Assembly: GCA_020024765.1 (NCBI GenBank)
Contig: JAHHTG010000001.1
Span: 1-49,054, forward strand
DNA: 49,054 nucleotides
Direction: 5' to 3'
DNA from: Thomasclavelia sp.
GTDB taxonomy: Bacteria; Bacillota_I; Bacilli_A; Erysipelotrichales; Erysipelotrichaceae
Each line of letters opens with the position of its first letter. The stretch's first letter is position 1. The position numbers were made by a program, and so were the translations under genes. Positions 28,573-36,634 of the stretch are shown here, piece by piece. The notes under the pieces are model-generated. The model was given only the letters and a program-made list of their open reading frames with translations, did no database searches and was not told where the DNA came from.

Positions 28573-28681
28573 GTAGTTAATTCTCCTTTTTCTAGAATTA
28601 TTATACAACAAATTTATTTGTGACATCGCTTTTTTGATAGTTAAACCTAACGAATTACAGGAAAAAGAAAAACCGGCTTAA

Positions 28682-29620
28682 TTAGTCAGTTTCACATAAA
28701 TTCTTTAATTGTTTTAAGCATTGACTGAAGATACCTGAATTCAAAGCATCTAGGACAATTTCATCATAATATCTTTCAGAATTATAAACACCAAGCATAA
28801 ACGCAAGTACACATTGCGCATTCATTTTATCAATATCAAAATCTTCTAAATTATCTTCTTCGATTTCAATATAATACTTTTGAAGAATCGTTGCATAATG
28901 ATTTGGCAAGCCAAAAACCGGGCAACCAGAACACGCTGATTTCAAAGCCGAGAAAATTTTTATTGATAAACGTTTAGGACTAATATCTTTAGGATTTTGG
29001 CGATATTCTTCGATTGGTTCTAAGAAATCTGTCAAAACTTTAAAATCATAAACAATTGGTTTTTGATTTGCAAAATATTCTTCACTACTTAAACGGTAAA
29101 CTGCCACATCAACTAATCCTTGATTGTTGGTTTCGGCATTTTTCAAAGTTTCAATGTAATGCATTCCGCAAGCTAAAGCGACACCTCCAGAATTGGGATT
29201 ATGTACATCATGTTTAACTTCAACACTTGCTACGCCAACTTCCTTAAATAAAAAATCAATGACACGAGCTAAAGCTCTTTTAGTATAGCCTTGATGCCAA
29301 TACTCTTGACCGATACAATAACCAATTTCAGCAGTCTTGGTCATTTTATTAAAGTTCACAACCGAAATGCTACCAATAACTTCAAAACTGCCTTCTAAAG
29401 CAATCGCCCATTGATAGAAATCTAATTTTTTATATTGTTTAATCCAGTCATTTAAAATGCAAATCGTTTCTTCAATATTTCGATGAGTTGACCATCTTAA
29501 ATATTTCGTAACATCAGGATCACTGGCCCAGTTTTTATACATTGATGTAGCATCATCTTCTCGAAATCTTCTTAAAAAAATTCGGTCGCGATAAAGCTCA
29601 ACAGTCCCTAAATGTTTCAT
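28682..29620 (-). CDS. GNAT (RimJ/RimL-type) N-acetyltransferase with an uncharacterised ~130-aa C-terminal extension
   Basis: Residues 1-180: LRRFREDDA..., WAIALEG..., IGYCIGQEYWHQGYTKRAL (Acetyltransf_3-like). I recognise nothing in residues ~185-312. Confidence 0.75.
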   Translation of the reverse strand: MKHLGTVELYRDRIFLRRFREDDATSMYKNWASDPDVTKYLRWSTHRNIEETICILNDWIKQYKKLDFYQWAIALEGSFEVIGSISVVNFNKMTKTAEIGYCIGQEYWHQGYTKRALARVIDFLFKEVGVASVEVKHDVHNPNSGGVALACGMHYIETLKNAETNNQGLVDVAVYRLSSEEYFANQKPIVYDFKVLTDFLEPIEEYRQNPKDISPKRLSIKIFSALKSACSGCPVFGLPNHYATILQKYYIEIEEDNLEDFDIDKMNAQCVLAFMLGVYNSERYYDEIVLDALNSGIFSQCLKQLKNLCETD

Positions 29621-29663
29621 ATTTCATACCTCTTTTTTATTTTAACACATCAATTCATTCATT

Positions 29664-29686
29664 AAAAAGGAAGGTGTAACCCCTCC
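29664..29686 (-). terminator. Rho-independent terminator after the PspC-domain gene
   Basis: On the minus strand: GGAGGG-GTTACA-CCTTCC (one G-U pair) followed by TTTTT. Confidence 0.65.
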
Positions 29687-29698
29687 AATTAATGACAA

Positions 29699-29887
29699 CT
29701 AATAATTTTTTTCAGGCATGACAAATGCACAAACGATATAAAGCAATATGCCAATACCATATACAATTGTCACTAATGTCCAAAGAATTCTAACGATTGT
29801 TGAGTCAATGCCAAAATATTCAGCAATTCCTCCACAAACACCGCATAATTTTTTATCCGTACGACTGCGGCAAAGTTTCTTCTCCAT
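29699..29887 (-). CDS. PspC domain-containing small membrane protein
   Basis: 62 aa. LCRSRTDKKLCGVCGGIAEYFGIDSTIVRILW is the PspC motif, followed by one TM helix. Confidence 0.85.
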   Translation of the reverse strand: MEKKLCRSRTDKKLCGVCGGIAEYFGIDSTIVRILWTLVTIVYGIGILLYIVCAFVMPEKNY

Positions 29888-29923
29888 ATAAATTCCCTCT
29901 CTTCCTTTGTAATTATAATGTGT

Positions 29924-31291
29924 CTAAACAAGACTATCGTTCATTTTTAAGAGTTTCTTCTTTGTGAAATGATATGTCGTAATCGTCACAATTTCAGGCA
30001 AAATATCTGAAATTGATTCCGCAATAAAGACATATTCAATCGGTAACCATAAAGGTAATAAGAAGACACAAATAAAATAAACAATCTTTCTTAAAGCTGA
30101 TAATGGCAATGAAATATTAACTTGGCCCAAGGCAGTATAACCATCAACAATTCCATATTGAATTGCAAGCGGAATGATACCGATGGTTGATAAACGGATA
30201 ATCCTAACGGTTAAATCAACATATTCCGGAGTTCTTGTAAAGATTAAGACAAATGGTTTTGAACATAGCCATGCTACAATAAACATAATTAAGCAAAATA
30301 AGACACCCATTTTCATAATAACCCGTTGAGCTTCGATGATTTTTTCAGGTTTACGTGCACCATAATTATAACCAAGAATTGTTTGTGTTCCGGTAGTTAA
30401 ACCACCAAGTGGCATTGTAATAATCAACATAAAACTTTGTAAGATAGTATTACATGTCAATAACATATCGCCATAACCCGGACCACCATATCTTTGAAGC
30501 ACAGTATTCAACGCAATTAACATAAAGTTATCAAAGATAACGATTAAAAATGATGTTAAACCAATCTTAATAATTTCAGCCATCAATCTAAAATTTGGTT
30601 TACCGAAAGTAATTTTAATTAAAGCGTATGGCGAAAACAAAAATCTTAAGACAAAGACGCATGATGCAAATTGTGAAATCACAGTTGCGATAGCAGCACC
30701 TTTAATTCCTAGGTCAAACACAAAGATAAAGATTGGATCTAAAACAATATTTAAGACAGCGCCCAAAACAACGCTGAACATCCCTTGTTTACCAAATCCT
30801 TGGCAAATAACCAATTGGTTTAGCCCTGTTGCAATTAACGAAAAGACAATTCCAATTAGATAGATACTGAAATATTCATTAGCATAAGGGAACAATTGTT
30901 CACTAGCACCAAATGTACGAAGCATTGGATCTTTAATGATATAAGCCCCTGCCGTCACAAAAGCTGCAATCATTAAAATTAAATAAAAACAGTTACGAAT
31001 AATATCAAATGCACGTTCTCTTTTGCCTTCACCTAAGGATTTTGATAACAATGGCGAACCACCAATTCCAACTAAAAAAGCAAAAGATGTAATCATTGTA
31101 ACAATTGGTCCAACAACACCAACACCGGCTAAGGCTACATCACCAATGATAGGAATGTTACCGATATACATACGGTCAACAATGCTATAGAAGACACTTA
31201 TTAATTGTGACAACATCGAAGGAATTGCTAAGGAAAGCACCAAACCTTTCAAGTTATCACTACTTAAATCTGTTATTAATTGAAATCTCAT
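29924..31291 (-). CDS. MATE family efflux transporter
   Basis: 455 aa, 12 TM. The N-terminal LAIPSMLSQLISVFYSIVDRMYIG is a typical MatE motif. Confidence 0.9.
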   Translation of the reverse strand: MRFQLITDLSSDNLKGLVLSLAIPSMLSQLISVFYSIVDRMYIGNIPIIGDVALAGVGVVGPIVTMITSFAFLVGIGGSPLLSKSLGEGKRERAFDIIRNCFYLILMIAAFVTAGAYIIKDPMLRTFGASEQLFPYANEYFSIYLIGIVFSLIATGLNQLVICQGFGKQGMFSVVLGAVLNIVLDPIFIFVFDLGIKGAAIATVISQFASCVFVLRFLFSPYALIKITFGKPNFRLMAEIIKIGLTSFLIVIFDNFMLIALNTVLQRYGGPGYGDMLLTCNTILQSFMLIITMPLGGLTTGTQTILGYNYGARKPEKIIEAQRVIMKMGVLFCLIMFIVAWLCSKPFVLIFTRTPEYVDLTVRIIRLSTIGIIPLAIQYGIVDGYTALGQVNISLPLSALRKIVYFICVFLLPLWLPIEYVFIAESISDILPEIVTITTYHFTKKKLLKMNDSLV

Positions 31292-31347
31292 AAATTTATA
31301 TTAGTTCAATCATTTATTAAATACAATTTATTTTGTAAGATATAATC

Positions 31348-31617
31348 ATGAAACGTTATCAAATTATCTTTATGGGTCGCGTTCAAGGCGTGGGCTTTCG
31401 CTATCAAATGGCTGAACAGGCCGAACTTTTAGGCTTAGGTGGTTCCGCTCAAAATCTCTGCAACGGAGATGTCGAGGTCTACCTTGAAGGCGAAGAAAAA
31501 AAGATTATGCAAGCGATTAACTACTTTTTGCATAATCCTGGTTATGTCTATGTAACAGACTATTATATGAATGAAGTTCCTTTAACAAACAATCTAAACT
31601 TCACTATTCTTTATTAG
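31348..31617 (+). CDS. acyP: Acylphosphatase
   Basis: GRVQGVGFRY signature, 89 aa. The start is uncertain: there is no SD, TATAAT ends 1 nt before ATG 31348, and an alternative ATG lies at 31372. Confidence 0.8.
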   Translation: MKRYQIIFMGRVQGVGFRYQMAEQAELLGLGGSAQNLCNGDVEVYLEGEEKKIMQAINYFLHNPGYVYVTDYYMNEVPLTNNLNFTILY

Positions 31618-32323
31618 CGAAATGATACATGACAATGGTACCGGCAATCGCTACATTTAATGAATCAATATTCTCCATGCGAATCTTTACAATTTCATCA
31701 CAAATTGCGAAGATTTCTTTTTTTACACCCGAACCTTCATTACCCAAGACGAATGCCATCTTATCGCTTGTAGTAACTTCTTCAAGTTCTTTGGTTTCTT
31801 TTGTTAAACCGGTGGCATAAACTTTAAAACCTTTCGCTTTTAATTCATTAATATAAGGAATTAAATCACGGCGGACAACATTTAAATGATATAAACTGCC
31901 ACGACTAGCGTTTAAACATTTATCGATATAAAGATCAGCACAGTTAGTACCTAAAACAACTGTATCATAACCAAATAATTCCGCACTATGAAGAATCATA
32001 CCGACATTATATGGATCTTGAAGATCATCAAGAATTACAACACGTTGTGGTTCAAAAGGTTTTTCAATAAGTTTAGTCGCAATACCGATATAGTCATAAG
32101 GTTCGCCTTTAGTTAGCTTATTCATGACTTCATCACTGACTTCATAAGTTTCTTTAAATTCAAATGGACAATTGCCTTTATAAATTAAAGTTTTTAAATA
32201 ACCAGCTTGATAAGCTTCATTAATAATTTCTGGTTCAAAGATTAAATATTCTTGGTCGCGATATTTCTTTTGGTATAAACGCACCCAAGCTTTAACTTTA
32301 GCATTTTGTAGCGAATTAATCAT
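31604..32323 (-). CDS. TrmH/SpoU family RNA 2'-O-methyltransferase
   Basis: Start ATG 32323 overlaps the upstream stop (ATGATTAA). SPOUT motifs VVILDDLQDPYNVGMILHSAE, FVLGNEGSGV and LNVAIAGTIVMY. Confidence 0.85.
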   Translation of the reverse strand: MINSLQNAKVKAWVRLYQKKYRDQEYLIFEPEIINEAYQAGYLKTLIYKGNCPFEFKETYEVSDEVMNKLTKGEPYDYIGIATKLIEKPFEPQRVVILDDLQDPYNVGMILHSAELFGYDTVVLGTNCADLYIDKCLNASRGSLYHLNVVRRDLIPYINELKAKGFKVYATGLTKETKELEEVTTSDKMAFVLGNEGSGVKKEIFAICDEIVKIRMENIDSLNVAIAGTIVMYHFANKE

Positions 32324-33035
32324 GCTGTCCACGCTTTCGCATTTCAATAACGGCTGCCATGACACTAATAGCTGAAGAAGCATTTAAGGCATTACGGAAA
32401 TCACTTGGATAGTCAATATAAACTTCTTCATCAACCAAATTTAAAACATCTTTTTGAATACCACGCTTTTCGCCACCAAGAATTAAAATCATTGGTTTTT
32501 GGTAGCGATAAGTAAAGGCGTCTTTTGCGCCTTCATGACGTCCTAAGGCAACAACTTTATATTTCTTTTTAAGGATTGCTAAATCTTTGCTTAATGATTC
32601 GCTCAAAATAACATCCATTTGATCGAATGCTCCAGCACTTGATTTAAGAATACCAGCTTCCATAGAACTAAAATCACGTTTAGGAAGAATGACTTGATGA
32701 TAACCGAAAGCTCTTAAAGTTCTGAAAATATAACCTAGGTTGAATGGATCTTCAACTCCATCAACTACAAAGACCAAACCTTCATTAACATCTTTAATAG
32801 TTTCATAATCTCGAGGACCAACCTCAGCAATAATGCCTCCATGAGTTTTACCGCTAGCCATTGTATCAATTGTTTCACGATTTACAAATTGATAACGAAT
32901 ACCAAAATCTTTTAAACGGTGAATGATAAATTTAAAGTCTTTTGATTCTTTATCTTTATCAAAGTACACCATATTAATATCACGACGATCGTTTAAAACC
33001 GCCGATTTAACACTAATTGCCCCTTCGATTATCAT
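32316..33035 (-). CDS. TrmH/SpoU family RNA 2'-O-methyltransferase (RlmB-like)
   Basis: 239 aa. HGGIIAEV, VVDGVEDPFNLGYIFRTLRAFG, LILGGEKRGI and LNASSAISV. SD AAAGGTG. Overlaps the upstream U32 gene by 23 nt. Confidence 0.85.
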   Translation of the reverse strand: MIIEGAISVKSAVLNDRRDINMVYFDKDKESKDFKFIIHRLKDFGIRYQFVNRETIDTMASGKTHGGIIAEVGPRDYETIKDVNEGLVFVVDGVEDPFNLGYIFRTLRAFGYHQVILPKRDFSSMEAGILKSSAGAFDQMDVILSESLSKDLAILKKKYKVVALGRHEGAKDAFTYRYQKPMILILGGEKRGIQKDVLNLVDEEVYIDYPSDFRNALNASSAISVMAAVIEMRKRGQHD

Positions 33036-34239
33036 TTGTAAACACCTTTCTAATCATATCGTGGTCATGTACAACGAATGGTATCTTTACACGCAAGATT
33101 TCCGTTGGCTTGTTGGCAACTTCCACGACTTCATCATCTTTATTTAGCATTTCTGATACAAAGAAATGTTCATTATTCACATCAGGTCCAAAGACTTCAA
33201 GTTCATCACCTTTGACAAACTTATTGCGAACTTCAATGGTCGCCATTTGAGTGGCTATGTCATAATCTTTAACATATGCGACAAACTCATGTGTTACACC
33301 AGCACCATTAATACCATATAAATGTTTTGAACTATCGCATGTACCGCTTAAGAAACCATCATCGCTTAATCTGTTTTCAGCTTTTGATAATTCATTATCA
33401 TAATATGCAACTCTTTCTTCATCTAAATGACCCGTAGCATAAACTTCATCAATCATCATGCGATAAGTCTTAACAATTTGTGCAATATAATAATCAGACT
33501 TCATGCGACCTTCAATCTTTAAAGATGCAACGCCACATTTAATCATACGTTCAATATAAGCAGAAGCTCTTAAGTCTTTTGCCGACATCGAAAGTGGGCA
33601 TGACTTATCACTAATTAATTCTTCACCATCATAAATATGATATTTCCAACGACAAGATTGAGCACAGCCTCCACGATTCGCATCGCGTAAAGTCATGCGA
33701 TTCGATAATGTACAATGTCCAGAATAGTTAGAACACATGCCGCCATGAATAAAGACTTCAAGTGGGACATTTGTTGCTTTGGCAACTTGTTCAATTTGAT
33801 CCATATCAACTTCACGCGCTAGTACAACACGATCAGCGCCCCAAGATGCAAAAGTATCTACAACTAATGAATTAGTAGTGGAAGCTTGAGTGCTGATATG
33901 GCATTCAAGTTTTGGTGCAACTTGTTTGCAAATTGTCACCACACCCATTGATTCGACAATAATCGCATCAACCCCAATTGTTTCAAGAGTCTTTAAATAT
34001 TCTTTGATGCCATAGAAATCTTCGTCATGAAAGACAATATTTGTTGTGACATAAATCTTACGACCACGTTCATGTGCGAACTTTACAATTTCAGCGATAT
34101 CAGCAACTTCAAAATTTGATGCACGCGAACGTAAAGAGAAACTCTTACCACCAATATACACTGCATCAGCACCATAGCGAATAGCTGTCTTGGCTTTTTC
34201 TAAATCTTTAGCAGGTGCTAATAATTCGATTTTCTGCAT
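33013..34239 (-). CDS. Peptidase U32 family protein (TrhP/RlhA-type RNA hydroxylation factor; YrrO-like)
   Basis: 408 aa. ELLAPAKDLEKAKTAIRYGADAVYIGG, and the U32 signature EVFIHGGMCSNYSGHCTLS with its Cys residues intact. Confidence 0.88.
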   Translation of the reverse strand: MQKIELLAPAKDLEKAKTAIRYGADAVYIGGKSFSLRSRASNFEVADIAEIVKFAHERGRKIYVTTNIVFHDEDFYGIKEYLKTLETIGVDAIIVESMGVVTICKQVAPKLECHISTQASTTNSLVVDTFASWGADRVVLAREVDMDQIEQVAKATNVPLEVFIHGGMCSNYSGHCTLSNRMTLRDANRGGCAQSCRWKYHIYDGEELISDKSCPLSMSAKDLRASAYIERMIKCGVASLKIEGRMKSDYYIAQIVKTYRMMIDEVYATGHLDEERVAYYDNELSKAENRLSDDGFLSGTCDSSKHLYGINGAGVTHEFVAYVKDYDIATQMATIEVRNKFVKGDELEVFGPDVNNEHFFVSEMLNKDDEVVEVANKPTEILRVKIPFVVHDHDMIRKVFTNDNRRGN

Positions 34240-34249
34240 AGTTTCCTCC

Positions 34250-35122
34250 TTACTTCGTTAAATTGGTCTTTTGGTACAAATAACCAGTATCAAAAGCACA
34301 TTCTGGGCATTCTACAACCAATTCTTCAATCACATCCATGTAGTTGTCTTCATTGACTTTACTAAACGCTTTTAAAATACTCATTGTTTCATCTTCACTT
34401 AAGAAAACATTATCAATAATTGCGCGCTTTAAAAAAGTCTTTAAAGTCGGATATTCTTTTAAAGCTAATAAAATATAATCAGTATAAATTTGTGTACCAT
34501 ATTGATTCTCAATGATAGGCAATGCATAATCACGAGTTTCTTCAACGATCTTTAAATGTTCTTTATTGGTTGGATCATAATCCTTGCCGATATATTTAAA
34601 ATAGTTTGTTAAGAATTTACGTTTTGATGTTGCTGACTTTAAATAACCGGCTACTTGCATCTCAAGATTTGGTGTATGTTTAGCCATACGCATAATTTCG
34701 TTATAAGTAATTTCACGAGCTAAAACAACACTGCCAATACCCTTATTCAAATAGAAGTTAGCATCTAAAGAATTGGTCATTAAAGTTGTTGGGTCATAGA
34801 TTAATTTATCTTCGGAACCTAGTTCTTTAGCAACCGCATAGACACTTAAGTCGGTAAAATAAATTCCTTTAACTCCCATCTTCAATAAAATTCTTAAGTA
34901 ATCTTTTAATGTATCTTTATCCTTTTCTTCAATCATCGTATCAATTGAAATATAAAGATTAAGTTGTGACGATACTGTTTGTTTCTTAATGCTAAATAAA
35001 TCATTAAGGCTAAACTTGTAACGACTAGAAAATAATGATGTTCCGGCAATCACTCCACCAACACCATATTGCTTGTATTTATCAATATTTTCGATTTGAT
35101 TTAATGTAACTAATAATTCCAT
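34250..35122 (-). CDS. Peptidase U32 family paralogue lacking the Cys-rich signature (YrrN-like)
   Basis: 290 aa with a TIM-barrel-like U32 N-terminal pattern. The position of the signature reads EMQVAGYLKSATSKRKFLTNYF, with no Cys. It sits immediately upstream of the canonical U32 gene, as in B. subtilis yrrN-yrrO. Confidence 0.7.
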   Translation of the reverse strand: MELLVTLNQIENIDKYKQYGVGGVIAGTSLFSSRYKFSLNDLFSIKKQTVSSQLNLYISIDTMIEEKDKDTLKDYLRILLKMGVKGIYFTDLSVYAVAKELGSEDKLIYDPTTLMTNSLDANFYLNKGIGSVVLAREITYNEIMRMAKHTPNLEMQVAGYLKSATSKRKFLTNYFKYIGKDYDPTNKEHLKIVEETRDYALPIIENQYGTQIYTDYILLALKEYPTLKTFLKRAIIDNVFLSEDETMSILKAFSKVNEDNYMDVIEELVVECPECAFDTGYLYQKTNLTK

Positions 35123-35153
35123 GGCATTATTCTAGCATAAATAGGAACTTTTA

Positions 35154-35182
35154 TTGCATTTTAATCCTGATATTGTAATAAT
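35154..35182 (+). promoter_or_regulatory. Near-consensus extended -10 sigma-A promoter ending 6 nt (35183-35188) before the start codon
   Basis: TTGCAT (35154-35159), 17-nt spacer containing TG at 35174-35175, then AATAAT (35177-35182). The ATG is at 35189. No SD in between. Confidence 0.6.
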
Positions 35183-35188
35183 AAGGTT

Positions 35189-35776
35189 ATGAAAAAGCAA
35201 ACAAATATTGAAAAAACTAAGTATATCGCGATTGCAGGAATCTTCTTAGCCCTTCATGTGGTTATTAGTGGTTTCTTCATTCCGGTAGGAGAAAATCTTC
35301 GTATCTATTTCACATATTTATTGGTTATGACTTTGGCAATTATCTTACCGCCAAAGATGGCATTTCTCTATGCTTTCATCGAAGACATCATAGCGTTCTT
35401 TGTAATGCCTCCTGGTGGTCCTTTCTTTTTCGGCTATACGATTACCGCAATTGTTAGCATGATGATTTATTCTTTCTTTTTATATAAGGAAGTAACATTA
35501 TCCCGCATCGTTTTAGCTAAAACATCGGTAAATATTATCGCCAACATTTTTTTAAATAGTATTTGGAGCGCAATGTTATATTCACATGGCTTCATCTATT
35601 ACCTCGGCAAAAGCATTGTAAAAAATACAGTACTATTACCAGTTGAAATTCTAGGCTTCGTTCTATTTTATCAACTTGTTTATCCAATATTCGTCAAAAA
35701 CAAGTTCTTAAAGCCAGGCGAGAAAGCCTTGCAAATACACACAGGTTGTCCAATCAAGAAACTATTCTCAAAATAG
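35189..35776 (+). CDS. ECF transporter S component, folate-family-like
   Basis: 195 aa, 6 TM. The pattern IAIAGIFLALHVV...LRIYFTYL...GGPFFFGYTITAIVSMMIYSFFLY resembles FolT-family S components. No cognate ECF A/T genes in the window. Confidence 0.6.
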   Translation: MKKQTNIEKTKYIAIAGIFLALHVVISGFFIPVGENLRIYFTYLLVMTLAIILPPKMAFLYAFIEDIIAFFVMPPGGPFFFGYTITAIVSMMIYSFFLYKEVTLSRIVLAKTSVNIIANIFLNSIWSAMLYSHGFIYYLGKSIVKNTVLLPVEILGFVLFYQLVYPIFVKNKFLKPGEKALQIHTGCPIKKLFSK

Positions 35777-35790
35777 TTTCTTTTTTTCAC

Positions 35791-35818
35791 ACAAAAAGAA
35801 AAGACTCTTACGAGTCTT
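35791..35818 (-). terminator. Rho-independent terminator of the small membrane protein gene
   Basis: AAGACTC-GTAA-GAGTCTT followed by TTCTTTTTGT on the minus strand. Overlaps the stop codon. Confidence 0.6.
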
Positions 35819-36161
35819 AATCAAAGAATGACCATCCACAATAAATGTAGATTAAATAAACAATATAACCATAAAGTCCTAAGTAATTAAAGATTGTCTT
35901 TAATTCTGGAATCATGATATAGCCAAGATCCCACACTAAGAAGAAAATCATGACGAATGAAATCAATACTTTACGCACCCAAGTTTCATATTTACGACGT
36001 TTACCAATGTTGAGCGATAAACCAAACGCAAATAAGAGACAAGCTCGTAAAATGATAATAATACTTTCGCCTAGCGTACCATTAAGTAGTGGGTCTAACC
36101 AACGTACCCCAATTGAAAGTAATAACATAATTCCTAAAGGTAAAAAATATTTTCTATACAT
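35817..36161 (-). CDS. Hypothetical membrane protein (4 TM)
   Basis: 114 aa from ATG 36161 (the track start at 36167 is a TTG). Hydrophobic with no recognisable family. No SD. TATAAT (36175-36170) lies 8 nt upstream of the ATG. Confidence 0.6.
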   Translation of the reverse strand: MYRKYFLPLGIMLLLSIGVRWLDPLLNGTLGESIIIILRACLLFAFGLSLNIGKRRKYETWVRKVLISFVMIFFLVWDLGYIMIPELKTIFNYLGLYGYIVYLIYIYCGWSFFD

Positions 36162-36208
36162 ACTCAATTATTATAATATCGTTTAAATGAGTTTTCAATT
36201 AAACAGAA

Positions 36209-36243
36209 ATAAAAAACTCTGAATCTTACTTCAATCCAGAGTT
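36209..36243 (-). terminator. Terminator-like hairpin inside the long non-coding region
   Basis: On the minus strand: AACTCTG-15 nt-CAGAGTT followed by TTTTTAT. It lies about 50 nt upstream of the membrane protein gene, so it could be an attenuator or the end of a small transcript. Confidence 0.4.
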
Positions 36244-36270
36244 CATCACCAAATTTTCGAAATACATTGC

Positions 36271-36289
36271 TCTTAGAATAATTCTAAGA
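36271..36289. repeat. Perfect 19-bp palindrome TCTTAGAAT-A-ATTCTAAGA
   Basis: 9-bp arms with a 1-nt centre, read directly from the sequence. Possible dimeric regulator site. Confidence 0.5.
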
Positions 36290-36431
36290 TTAGAAAGATT
36301 TATTATCACGAGCTTTTAGGACCTCACATAATCCTTTCTAAATTTTATTTTTTCATTCATTTAGTCTTAATTAATAATCAAAATTATTGATTAGCATATA
36401 GGCCTAACCTATATTTACATATTATTCTTTT

Positions 36432-36476
36432 TTATTTACGAGATCCAAAGATCTCAACTAATATTGTAGGTTCCAT
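36432..36476 (-). CDS. Candidate 14-codon sORF (MEPTILVEIFGSRK)
   Basis: A perfect SD AGGAGG lies 9 nt upstream of the ATG at 36476. The ORF ends at TAA (36434-36432). It contains the palindrome GAGATC-TTTG-GATCTC. No homology evidence. Confidence 0.3.
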   Translation of the reverse strand: MEPTILVEIFGSRK

Positions 36477-36611
36477 TAACTTTAACCTCCTAAGATCTTC
36501 ATCTTTAATTGGTATTCTTTTTACACTTATATAGTAACAAATCCATACTATATTTAAAGTCTATTAATAAAAAATTTTTTGAGGTATAATAAAAGAGTGA
36601 GGTAATCAATT

Positions 36612-36634
36612 AAGCGCCAGTATTTCTGGCGCTT
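36612..36634. terminator. Hairpin terminator downstream of pcrA
   Basis: AAGCGCCAG-TATTTC-TGGCGCTT. The T-run follows on the plus strand and TTAATTGATT follows on the minus strand. Confidence 0.65.

Noticed and set aside
31604-31617. 14-nt 3' overlap of the convergent acyP and SpoU genes as a regulatory feature
   Set aside because: Short convergent overlaps are common in compact genomes, and no hairpin or other signal is visible there.
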